This document shows positions 17,871 through 25,968 of a stretch of DNA of 48,840 nt, in pieces. The stretch comes from Oscillospiraceae bacterium (lineage in GTDB: Bacteria > Bacillota > Clostridia > Oscillospirales > SIG530), in the NCBI GenBank assembly GCA_015067075.1, contig SVND01000016.1, positions 1-48,840 on the forward strand, read 5' to 3'. Below the pieces are notes generated by a model that worked only from the letters and a program-made list of their open reading frames with translations, had not been told where the DNA came from and did no database searches. Position 1 is the first letter of the stretch. Every line of letters begins with the position of its first letter. A program made the translations under genes and the position numbers.

Positions 17871-19292
17871 ATGTCAACTCTCATCATGGCTGTTCAGCCT
17901 GTAGTACCCGTTATCGCAATGGTACTCGTGGTACTCGCATTCACCCTGCTTCTCGTTTTTCTCTCCCGCTACCGCAAATGCCCGTCCGATAAGATTATGG
18001 TCATTTACGGTAAGGTCGGCAACAGCAAAGACGGCTCAAGCCGCTCTGCCCGTTGTATCCACGGCGGTGCCGCTTTCATATGGCCTGTTTTTCAGTCATA
18101 TGAGTATATGGATCTTACGCCTATTTCCATAAGCGTTGACCTCAAAAATGCGCTTTCACGTCAGAATATCCGTATTGACGTTCCCTCCCGCTTCACCGTA
18201 GGTATTTCTACAGAGCCGGGCGTTATGCAAAACGCCGCTGAGCGTCTTTTGGGACTTAAGCTCCCCGAAATTCAGGAGCTTGCAAAGGATATCATCTTCG
18301 GTCAGCTCCGTCTTGTAATCGCTACGATGGAGATCGAAGAAATAAATACCGACCGCGACAAATTCCTTGAAGCTATCTCCCGCAACGTAGAGCTTGAGCT
18401 CAAAAAGATCGGTCTTCGCCTTATCAACGTTAACATCACCGACATCAGCGACGAGTCAGGTTATATCGACGCTCTCGGTAAAGAAGCCGCCGCAAAGGCT
18501 ATAAACGACGCTAAAAAGTCCGTCGCCGAAAAGGACCGTGACGGTTCTATCGGTGAAGCAAACGCAAAGCGCGACCAGCGTATTCAGGTCTCCTCTGCCA
18601 ACGCCGTGGCTATACAAGGTGAAAACGAAGCTCTCGCCACTATCGCGCAGTCAAACGCTACACGCCGTGAGCGTGAAGCCGAAGCGCTCCGCATTGCTAC
18701 TGCCGCTGAAAAGATACAAAGCGCAAAAGCAATGGAAGAAGCATACGTTGCCGAGCAGGAAGCCGAACAAAAGCGTGCTGCCCGTGAAAAAGCAACCTTG
18801 GAAGCCGATATACTCGTTCAGGCACAGATCGAAAAGGAAAAGCTTGAGCTTGAAGCTGAAGCTTTGGCTGAACAAAAGCGCCGTGTTGCACGAGGTGAAG
18901 CTGACGCTATCTATCTTAAGATGGAAGCTGAAGCTCGCGGTACTCAGGAGATCCTTACACGTCAGGCGGCAGGTCTTGCTCAGGTCGTTGCCGCTGCAGG
19001 CGGAGACGCAAGCGATGCTCTCAGACTTATGCTCGCCGACAAGATGGAAGAGCTTATCAGAATTCAGGTTGACGCTATTAAGAATCTCAAGATCGATAAG
19101 GTTACTGTCTGGGACGGTATGGGCGGCGATGGCAAAACTCCCGCTACAGCAAACTTTTTGTCAGGCATGATGAAGTCTATTCCGCCGATGAACGAGATGT
19201 TCAAGATGGCAGGTATGGAGCTTCCCAGCTTCCTCGGTAAGGATGCCGAAGGCGAACAGGCAAAAAGCGAACAAAGCTCTGCTGAGGAATAA
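17871..19292 (+). CDS. floT: Flotillin-like SPFH/band-7 protein
   Basis: N-terminal TM, then an SPFH domain (…CIHGGAAFIWPVFQSYEYMDLTPISISVDLKNALSRQNIRIDV…) and a long Glu/Ala-rich coiled-coil with EA repeats. 473 aa, FloT-like rather than the short FloA. Confidence 0.8.
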   Translation: MSTLIMAVQPVVPVIAMVLVVLAFTLLLVFLSRYRKCPSDKIMVIYGKVGNSKDGSSRSARCIHGGAAFIWPVFQSYEYMDLTPISISVDLKNALSRQNIRIDVPSRFTVGISTEPGVMQNAAERLLGLKLPEIQELAKDIIFGQLRLVIATMEIEEINTDRDKFLEAISRNVELELKKIGLRLINVNITDISDESGYIDALGKEAAAKAINDAKKSVAEKDRDGSIGEANAKRDQRIQVSSANAVAIQGENEALATIAQSNATRREREAEALRIATAAEKIQSAKAMEEAYVAEQEAEQKRAAREKATLEADILVQAQIEKEKLELEAEALAEQKRRVARGEADAIYLKMEAEARGTQEILTRQAAGLAQVVAAAGGDASDALRLMLADKMEELIRIQVDAIKNLKIDKVTVWDGMGGDGKTPATANFLSGMMKSIPPMNEMFKMAGMELPSFLGKDAEGEQAKSEQSSAEE

Positions 19293-19301
19293 GGAGCATT
19301 T

Positions 19302-19628
19302 ATGGCAAAGCTTGAATTATCACTTAATGAAGATTTCAACTCCCTTCTCAGCCGCATTACGGATGGTATTATAAACGGCAGTATGTCCGCCTCTTTGGAA
19401 GAGTCAAGCGACTTTCGCAGTGCAAATGCCCGTTGCAGTGTCCGCGTTTTCGAGCGCTACAGCTACGCAGGTAACAACAGAGTAAGCATGAGTGTGACTC
19501 TTTTTAAAGAAGGCAACGGTCCCGTACAGCTTTCCGCTATCACATCAGGCGGAAGCCAAGCGTTGTTTTTCAAAATAAACACTTGGGGCGAGGAAGCTTT
19601 TCTTGACAAGTTAAGAGAAATATTATAG
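19302..19628 (+). CDS. Hypothetical 108-aa protein, last gene of the flotillin operon
   Basis: AAGGAG SD and ATG 10 nt after the floT stop. No recognisable motif. A terminator follows. Confidence 0.5.
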   Translation: MAKLELSLNEDFNSLLSRITDGIINGSMSASLEESSDFRSANARCSVRVFERYSYAGNNRVSMSVTLFKEGNGPVQLSAITSGGSQALFFKINTWGEEAFLDKLREIL

Positions 19629-19634
19629 CATTAA

Positions 19635-19665
19635 GGGTAATCGCAAACCGCGATTGCCCTTTTCA
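19635..19665 (+). terminator. Rho-independent terminator
   Basis: GGGTAATCGC-AAACC-GCGATTGCCC hairpin followed by TTTTCATTT. Confidence 0.7.
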
Positions 19666-19691
19666 TTTAATAGTCAAATTAGCCGTCAATT

Positions 19692-20522
19692 TTACCTGTG
19701 AATAATATACTTATCATAATCATAAATGCATACATCCCCTGAGAGCAAAACTTTACCGACAATAATATTTCCCTCCCCAAAACCTTTAATATTTTTCGGC
19801 AACAAAGACCGTGCAATTATAATTTTCAGCCGACCGAAATCTGTCACAACTTCTGCCATATAATAATTGTTCAAGTCCATACCAAGCATATTTAACGAAT
19901 ATACATCACATAAAGTGATCGTGCCACATACATCCACTAAATTATCAAAGCGATGCTCCTTGTTTTTTTGCTTTCCTTGAGTCGATTTGGCTGAATTGTT
20001 GACAACATAATTTGTAGCAGCAATCAATCCGTCTTTCATTAAAAGCTTTCGCCTGCCAAAGAATGATTTACCGCTTTTTTCATACTCTTTTTCATCATTA
20101 TAAATTTTTACATCAACTGCAAAAGCGACTACCTGTGCGTCAATAATACTGCCGCTTTCGATATTGTCCAAAACATGCTCATTCGCCAAACGAATCGCTA
20201 CCAATCCGTTCCCATCCATGCGAGTTGCAAGATAACTTCCCTCGTTTTCGTCGATAGCAGATACTATTTTCAATTGCCACACATCTTCAGATACATGATG
20301 CATTTTTACGTTGTGGATATGCGTCAAGCCTTTATCCACAGTACCTCCCACCACTATCTGCAGATCATTCGGTTGATGTGGAAAATAATTAAACGCAGCT
20401 TTCTCTTCATCTGGCTTTTTGACAATGTAATCTGCCTTCGTCGCAAAAGCAATGCAAGAATCACCGTACAATTCATCATCCATCTCAAAAACAAATTTGT
20501 CGAATAAATATCTATCCATATG
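19692..20522 (-). CDS. Hypothetical protein (276 aa)
   Basis: Start moved to the ATG (MDRYLFDKF...) directly after a GGAGG SD. The upstream part of the track ORF has no SD. No recognisable domain. Confidence 0.5.
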   Translation of the reverse strand, partial: HMDRYLFDKFVFEMDDELYGDSCIAFATKADYIVKKPDEEKAAFNYFPHQPNDLQIVVGGTVDKGLTHIHNVKMHHVSEDVWQLKIVSAIDENEGSYLATRMDGNGLVAIRLANEHVLDNIESGSIIDAQVVAFAVDVKIYNDEKEYEKSGKSFFGRRKLLMKDGLIAATNYVVNNSAKSTQGKQKNKEHRFDNLVDVCGTITLCDVYSLNMLGMDLNNYYMAEVVTDFGRLKIIIARSLLPKNIKGFGEGNIIVGKVLLSGDVCIYDYDKYIIHR

Positions 20523-20667
20523 ATTGCCTCCCTTTTCGCCTTTGCCATAAAGCAAGTTATGAAAGCATTGTACCATATTTAAATTTAAATGTAAATACAA
20601 ACAAGTATAATTCTCCCTCTTTTGCAGATAATAACTCTGCAACCACGTTTATTAAAGGAGAATATAT

Positions 20668-21207
20668 ATGAAAGCTACAGGAATTGTAAGAAGAATTGAC
20701 GATTTAGGCAGAGTTGTTATTCCAAAAGAGATCCGCCGCACTCTCCGAATACGCGAAGGCGACCCATTGGAAATATTTACCGACAGAGAAGGCGAGGTTA
20801 TTTTCAAAAAATATTCACCCATCGGTGAGCTTTCGCATTTTGCATCGCAATATGCGGAGGTTTTAAGTAAGACGCTTGGCGCAACCGTTTTAGTTTGCGA
20901 CCGCGATTTTATCGTTGCCGCCGCAGGAACGGGCAAAAAGGATTTTTTTGAAAAAAAGATATCCTCCGATATTGAATCGCTCATGGAAAACAGGCAGACG
21001 TTTCGCAGGGCTGCTCACGAGCGCGGCATTCCCGTCGTCGAAGGTACAGAGCGCGAAGCTGCTGTCGCCTGTCCCGTTACAGCGAATGGAGACGTCATCG
21101 GCTGTGTAATGATAATTGCCGCAGACAGCACAAGCTCCGCTTCCGATGCCGATGTAAAGACTTGCCAAGCGGCATCAGCTTTTCTCGGCAAGCAGATGGA
21201 AGATTAA
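20668..21207 (+). CDS. spoVT: Stage V sporulation protein T (AbrB-type N-domain plus GAF domain)
   Basis: MKATGIVRRIDDLGRVVIPKEIRRTLRIREGDPLEIFTDREGEVIFKKYSPIGEL is almost residue-for-residue the B. subtilis SpoVT N-terminus. 179 aa. Confidence 0.9.
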   Translation: MKATGIVRRIDDLGRVVIPKEIRRTLRIREGDPLEIFTDREGEVIFKKYSPIGELSHFASQYAEVLSKTLGATVLVCDRDFIVAAAGTGKKDFFEKKISSDIESLMENRQTFRRAAHERGIPVVEGTEREAAVACPVTANGDVIGCVMIIAADSTSSASDADVKTCQAASAFLGKQMED

Positions 21208-21230
21208 TTAAAATTTTGTCATATAACGCT

Positions 21231-21278
21231 CACAAAAATCCCTTTCGTATCATAGTATAATGCGGAGGGATTTTTGTG
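21231..21278 (+). promoter_or_regulatory. 13-bp perfect inverted repeat enclosing the SD and GTG start of the amidase gene
   Basis: CACAAAAATCCCT (21231-21243) / AGGGATTTTTGTG (21266-21278). The 22-nt loop contains a TATAAT-like hexamer. The right arm includes part of the SD GGAGGG and the GTG start codon. Confidence 0.45.
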
Positions 21279-21848
21279 ATTAAAATTTTTATCGATCAAG
21301 GACACAACCCGTCAGGCTTCAATGCAGGTGCCGAGGGCAACGGCTTGCGCGAGCAGGACATAACATATCAAGTGGGCGTATATCTTGCAGGGCTTTTAAA
21401 CGCCGATCCGCGCTTCGAAGCAAGGCTGTCCCGCAATTCACCCGACGAGGTTTTGGGCACTAACAATTCAACGAGTCTGCAAGCACGCGTTCGCGCCGCA
21501 AATTCATGGCCTGCCGATTACTTTATCAGCATCCACGCCAACGCTTCTGTAAACAGCAGCGCAAACGGTAGCGAGATATACGTTTATAACACCGACGGCA
21601 CGCCTGCATTTTACATGGCAGAAGATATTCTCGCCAGAATAGTTGCGAACGTCGGCACAAAAGATAACGGAGTTCGTGAAAACCGTTCTTTTTACGTGCT
21701 TCGACGAACAGCAATGCCTGCGCTATTAATAGAGCTTGCATACATAAGCAACGCATCTGACGCTGAAAAGCTGGAAAACGACCAATATCTGTTCGCTTAC
21801 TCGATCTATCAAGGCATTCTTGACTATTTCGGTTACTCAGAGCTTTAG
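21276..21848 (+). CDS. N-acetylmuramoyl-L-alanine amidase (Amidase_3 family, CwlD-like, no signal peptide)
   Basis: GTG start 6 nt after GGAGGG. IKIFIDQGHNPSG…GAEGNGL…DYFISIHANAS…PALLIELAYISN match Amidase_3 motifs. Confidence 0.7.
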   Translation: MIKIFIDQGHNPSGFNAGAEGNGLREQDITYQVGVYLAGLLNADPRFEARLSRNSPDEVLGTNNSTSLQARVRAANSWPADYFISIHANASVNSSANGSEIYVYNTDGTPAFYMAEDILARIVANVGTKDNGVRENRSFYVLRRTAMPALLIELAYISNASDAEKLENDQYLFAYSIYQGILDYFGYSEL

Positions 21849-21855
21849 TATATTA

Positions 21856-21884
21856 TTGACAATCACCGTCTTTTGCGATATAAT
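21856..21884 (+). promoter_or_regulatory. Consensus sigma-A promoter (TTGACA-N17-TATAAT)
   Basis: TTGACA at 21856-21861 and TATAAT at 21879-21884. The track's ATG at 21873 lies inside the promoter, so it is not used. Confidence 0.5.
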
Positions 21885-21905
21885 AAATCAAAAGGCGGTG
21901 ATTTT

Positions 21906-22730
21906 TTGCATAGCAATTTTAAGCTTCATAAATGCATATTTTTTATACCTGTTTTTCAGCTTCGTATACTTTACGATCTGCTCCCAATTATAAAACAGTC
22001 TGACAAGGAAAGCAAAGTAAAACTCCTTCGCACACTGGGCTTTGCTTTCATCTTGCCTTTGCTTCCGATTTTGCTCCTTTGCGCCGCAATTTCAAATTGC
22101 ACACATATAGCCGTTGGAATTTTCCTTGCCGTTTACTTGTTTTTCACCTTACTGTCATTATCACTTGTCTTTTTCCAGCTTCCAAATAAGCGCAGACTCT
22201 CTCACCCAACAGCCGTATATTTCGCCTTTTATATACCAATTTTTGCGGTTTTAATTGCATTTTTTATCTTTTCCCGCTCCTCTGCCGCACATTATCGCGA
22301 CATGAACGGACAGTTCGACACATCCCTTTCCATTATAACCACCGACAACATATGCGACGAAAGCTATTGGGCGTGGTCAGCCATGGGTGAAAAGCGCCAA
22401 AGCGAGGTAATTTCACCGTCGGGCGCCGAAAACACGGAGCTTGATCGTGATTATATTGAAATTTCCTCTTATCGCGCATCGGGTATTTGCCCTATTATGT
22501 ATACGCATACCAAAGAAAGCGAGGCTTGGCTTTTTACCGCATATATGCGTGTCAACGGCGGCAATGCTCGGCTATACGTTCTTTCTTCGGAAAATGAGAT
22601 CATGTACGAATTTGCCATTGATGAGGATGACGGTTTTATCTTAGACGGATTTCCCGAGGGCGATTACGCTTTGGTTTTAGCTTGCGAAAGTGCCGACTTT
22701 GAGCTTATGGTCGGTCGAAAAAAATCATAA
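21906..22730 (+). CDS. Hypothetical polytopic membrane protein with C-terminal soluble domain
   Basis: In-frame TTG at 21906, 7 nt after AAAGGCGGTG and downstream of the predicted TSS. Several hydrophobic helices are followed by a ~130-aa soluble C-terminal domain. Confidence 0.45.
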   Translation: MHSNFKLHKCIFFIPVFQLRILYDLLPIIKQSDKESKVKLLRTLGFAFILPLLPILLLCAAISNCTHIAVGIFLAVYLFFTLLSLSLVFFQLPNKRRLSHPTAVYFAFYIPIFAVLIAFFIFSRSSAAHYRDMNGQFDTSLSIITTDNICDESYWAWSAMGEKRQSEVISPSGAENTELDRDYIEISSYRASGICPIMYTHTKESEAWLFTAYMRVNGGNARLYVLSSENEIMYEFAIDEDDGFILDGFPEGDYALVLACESADFELMVGRKKS

Positions 22731-22743
22731 AAAAACGGTTGCT

Positions 22744-22787
22744 TCTTACCTTTTGGTATCGAGCAACCGTTTTAATTATATTCTCGT
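22744..22787. terminator. Bidirectional terminator between the membrane protein gene (+) and manA (-)
   Basis: AAACGGTTGCT / AGCAACCGTTT 11-bp stem with T-runs on both sides. Confidence 0.65.
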
Positions 22788-23735
22788 TACAACTACTGTA
22801 GCCTTTCCCTCAAGAGTAAAGCGTCCCAAGTCTGCAGGGAAAAATACAGATGCACCTTTTTTAAGCTCATACGACTCATCGCCGCATTTAAGTGTAGCTT
22901 CGCCCTCTGTAATAAGCGTCGCCACAAAGCTCGTTTTATCAGCTAAAAGCTCCGCTTTTCCGTCAAGGCAAAGCTCCTCCACCTTGAAATACTTACAGCT
23001 TGCAAGGCTCTTTACCTCGCCGCCTTCAATTTTCTTCGGTGCTTCAACCTTTGCATCTTCGCCCTTTGTCAGCGTAGACACCTCAACAGCCTTATCAATA
23101 TGAAGTGCGCGCGGCTTGCCGTCAGCACCGACTCTGCCGTAATCATAAACTCTGTACGTTACGTTGGAGCTCTGCTGTATTTCAGCGATTAGCAAGCCCT
23201 TGCCGATAGCGTGAACCGTTCCCGCTTCAATGAAAAACGCATCGCCCTTTTTAACGGGGACAAATCTTAATATATCGGTAAGCTTATTTTCGTCAATAGC
23301 TTTTCTGAATTCATCCTTCGTAACGTCATTTTTAAATCCGTATACAAGTGATGCACCTTCAGCCGCATCAACAATATACCACATTTCCGTTTTGCCAAGG
23401 CTGTTTTCGTTAGCCAAAGCATATTCATCGTTGGGATGGACCTGAACGGAAAGGTCGCTTGCAGCGTCAATAAGCTTTATAAGAATAGGAAAGCTTCCGT
23501 CAGCATTGTTTGTACCAACTGCATTTTCAAAGCAGGCAAGCGCCTCGGTGAAGGTCTTGCCGCAAAGCTCGCCGTTTGCAACTACACTTTCGCCGTCTTT
23601 ATGGGCAGACATGACCCACGCTTCCGCGGTTACCTTAAGGTCGGTCTTTACACCGTAATCAAAAAGTCTTGTTCCGCCCCAAATGTAATCCTTTACGGGC
23701 GCGTCAAGTATCAATGGATATTTTTTTACACTCAT
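22776..23735 (-). CDS. manA: Mannose-6-phosphate isomerase, class I
   Basis: YPLILDAPVKDYIWGGTRL…AWVMSAHKDGESVV…ILIKLIDAASDLSVQVHPNDEYA are hallmark type-I PMI motifs. 319 aa, like Bacillus Pmi. Confidence 0.85.
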   Translation of the reverse strand: MSVKKYPLILDAPVKDYIWGGTRLFDYGVKTDLKVTAEAWVMSAHKDGESVVANGELCGKTFTEALACFENAVGTNNADGSFPILIKLIDAASDLSVQVHPNDEYALANENSLGKTEMWYIVDAAEGASLVYGFKNDVTKDEFRKAIDENKLTDILRFVPVKKGDAFFIEAGTVHAIGKGLLIAEIQQSSNVTYRVYDYGRVGADGKPRALHIDKAVEVSTLTKGEDAKVEAPKKIEGGEVKSLASCKYFKVEELCLDGKAELLADKTSFVATLITEGEATLKCGDESYELKKGASVFFPADLGRFTLEGKATVVVTRI

Positions 23736-23749
23736 TTTATTACCTTCAT

Positions 23750-24607
23750 TTATTCACAATCTTCTACACGCTTTTCAAGCGCAATTTCCATCGAGGAAGG
23801 ATCTTTCATGCAACGCCTGAATATATGTAAGGATTTTGCATAGTACAAGCCATCGCAAAAGCGTTCGTCGCTTACAAGACCGAGGCGCAAAATGCGCTTA
23901 GACTTTATCGTGCCGTCTCTTTCGGCGGAGGCAATTCTCTTTTCCTTACCGAAAGCCATAAAAAGTCCCGTTGTGCCAAATTCATACACATGGTGATAAA
24001 TATAATTTATACTTATGGACTTAAGATTCGTAACGAAAAACGTCGTATGGAACGGGCTTGCCTCGATAACAGCCTTCGGAAGCATATTATGCTTATCCAT
24101 CCACATAAGCGTATTTACAGTGATCCTTATGAGCCAATCGGGCAGACTCATTATAGTATTTGCAAGGGTGTCCGTCTTGCTTTCGCTCCCTACGAATGCA
24201 ACACTTGCAATAGTGTCATCAATTTTTTTCGCTATCTCGTCAAGCGTTTCCGTTCCTTCAAAAGCGATCTTAACAGTTGTGCCTGCGCTGTCGTCACGGA
24301 GATTTTTCTGTACAACGAAGGAAACGTATATTTTATCTCTCGTGTACAGCTTGCTGTTAATAACGAAACGATTTAACTGTGGACGCAAAGCAATAGTCCT
24401 CACCATTGCCGCAATGAGGATATGCATATAAGTTATATGCACGCCTTCCTCTCTGCGCTTTTTGATATATTCATCAATAGGTTCGCAATCGCAGTCATCG
24501 TTCATCATATTCATCGAATCATAGCGATGCTTCATAATATAAGGAATAATTCTTTCAAAGGGTTCAACTTTTTTTACGCGTCTGCCATCTGAGCGTTTGC
24601 CAAACAT
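23750..24607 (-). CDS. Standalone 2-oxoacid dehydrogenase acyltransferase (E2) catalytic-domain-like protein, no lipoyl domain
   Basis: 285 aa. …ITYMHILIAAMVRTIALRPQLNRFV…, …TFFVTNLKSIS… and C-terminal LGLVSDERFCDGLYYAKSL align to the E2 catalytic-domain pattern …lslsfDHRviDGa.aa.Fl…. The catalytic His of DHR is replaced by Glu here. Confidence 0.55.
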   Translation of the reverse strand: MFGKRSDGRRVKKVEPFERIIPYIMKHRYDSMNMMNDDCDCEPIDEYIKKRREEGVHITYMHILIAAMVRTIALRPQLNRFVINSKLYTRDKIYVSFVVQKNLRDDSAGTTVKIAFEGTETLDEIAKKIDDTIASVAFVGSESKTDTLANTIMSLPDWLIRITVNTLMWMDKHNMLPKAVIEASPFHTTFFVTNLKSISINYIYHHVYEFGTTGLFMAFGKEKRIASAERDGTIKSKRILRLGLVSDERFCDGLYYAKSLHIFRRCMKDPSSMEIALEKRVEDCE

Positions 24608-24639
24608 AGTATCACCTTTCTCTTCTTAAACTTCCTGCC

Positions 24640-25956
24640 TTATTTAACGAACTTTTTATAAATAGCGTTAAGTGCCTTTTCAAAATCCTCCTGCTGAATT
24701 CCGAGGATAACGTTAAGCTCGCTGGAGCCCTGGTCTATCATTCTGATATTTACATCTGATTCAGCAACAGCTGTAAGTATCTTCGCCGCCGTACCCTTTC
24801 TGCTCTTCATTCCGCGTCCGACAACAGCGATAAGTGCGACATCGCGAGTTATCTCGATCTTATCGGGAGCAACAGCACGGCTAAGCTCGTCAATTATCTT
24901 CTTTTCAAGCCCGTCAATAGCAAGCTGGTTTACTACGACACACATCGTGTCGATACCTGACGGCAAATGCTCGAAGGATATTCCGTTATCCTCCAAAACC
25001 TTGAGAACACGTCTGCCAAAGCCGAGCTCCTGGTTCATCATATCCTTTTCAATGCTTATGATGCAAAAGCCTTTTTTGCCTGCAATACCCGTGATATTAT
25101 GGGTATTTTCTCTGTCAGTCGGTGCTTCGGCAACGATAAACGTACCGCGAGCAGAGGGATCGTTCGTATTTCTGATATTTATGGGAATACCGCAAAGACG
25201 CACAGGGAAAATAGCATCCTCATGCAAAACGCCTGCACCCATGTAGGAAAGCTCACGAAGCTCTCTGTACGTTATGGTATCGATGGTCATGGGAGAATCC
25301 ACAATGCGAGGATCTGCCATTAAAAAGCCTGAAACGTCCGTCCAATTTTCATAAAGATCAGCCATAGCCGCACGGGAAACGATAGATCCCGTTATATCGG
25401 AGCCGCCTCGAGAGAACGTCTTTATTGTGTCATTGGGCATTGAACCGTAAAATCCGGGAATTACGGCATATTCATATTCCTTAAGCTTTTTTGAAAGAAC
25501 ATCGTTTGTATATTCGCTGTCAAAAGAGCCGTCGTTTTTGAAAAAAATAACTTCAGCGGCATCTATAAACGGGAAGCCTAAATATGCGGCAAGCAAAATA
25601 CCGTTAAGGTATTCGCCGCGGCTTGCGGCATAGTCTCGTCCCGCCTTGCTGACAAAAGCAGAGCGGATCTTTGCAAATTCCTCATCCAAGGATACATCGA
25701 GAGAAAGCTCATCAATTATCTGCTGGTATCTTTCGCGAATCTTCGTAAAAAGCTCGTCAAAGCTTTTTCCCGTAGAAGCGAGAGAATAGCATTCGTAAAG
25801 CATATCCGTAACTTTTGTATCTTCTTTAAATCTCTTGCCCGGTGCAGAGGGAACGACGTATTTACGTTCCTTTTCTGCCTTTACAATATCGGCGACCTTT
25901 TTAAACTGAGAAGCGTCGGCAAGTGAGCTTCCGCCAAATTTTACAACCTTTATCAC
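24640..25956 (-). CDS. Aspartate kinase
   Basis: GTG start. N-terminus IKVVKFGGSSLAD is the amino-acid kinase family signature. 438 aa, with a C-terminal ACT-like regulatory region (…DVALIAVVGRGM…VNIRMIDQGSSELNV…). Confidence 0.7.
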   Translation of the reverse strand: MIKVVKFGGSSLADASQFKKVADIVKAEKERKYVVPSAPGKRFKEDTKVTDMLYECYSLASTGKSFDELFTKIRERYQQIIDELSLDVSLDEEFAKIRSAFVSKAGRDYAASRGEYLNGILLAAYLGFPFIDAAEVIFFKNDGSFDSEYTNDVLSKKLKEYEYAVIPGFYGSMPNDTIKTFSRGGSDITGSIVSRAAMADLYENWTDVSGFLMADPRIVDSPMTIDTITYRELRELSYMGAGVLHEDAIFPVRLCGIPINIRNTNDPSARGTFIVAEAPTDRENTHNITGIAGKKGFCIISIEKDMMNQELGFGRRVLKVLEDNGISFEHLPSGIDTMCVVVNQLAIDGLEKKIIDELSRAVAPDKIEITRDVALIAVVGRGMKSRKGTAAKILTAVAESDVNIRMIDQGSSELNVILGIQQEDFEKALNAIYKKFVK

Positions 25957-25968
25957 AAAAATAACCCC

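Noticed and set aside
18538-19170. 210-aa Lys/Leu/Ser-rich ORF in an alternative frame inside the flotillin gene
   Set aside because: A frame-shifted reading of the GAA/GCT-rich coiled-coil coding region, with composition bias and no start signals. The flotillin frame has clear SPFH homology.
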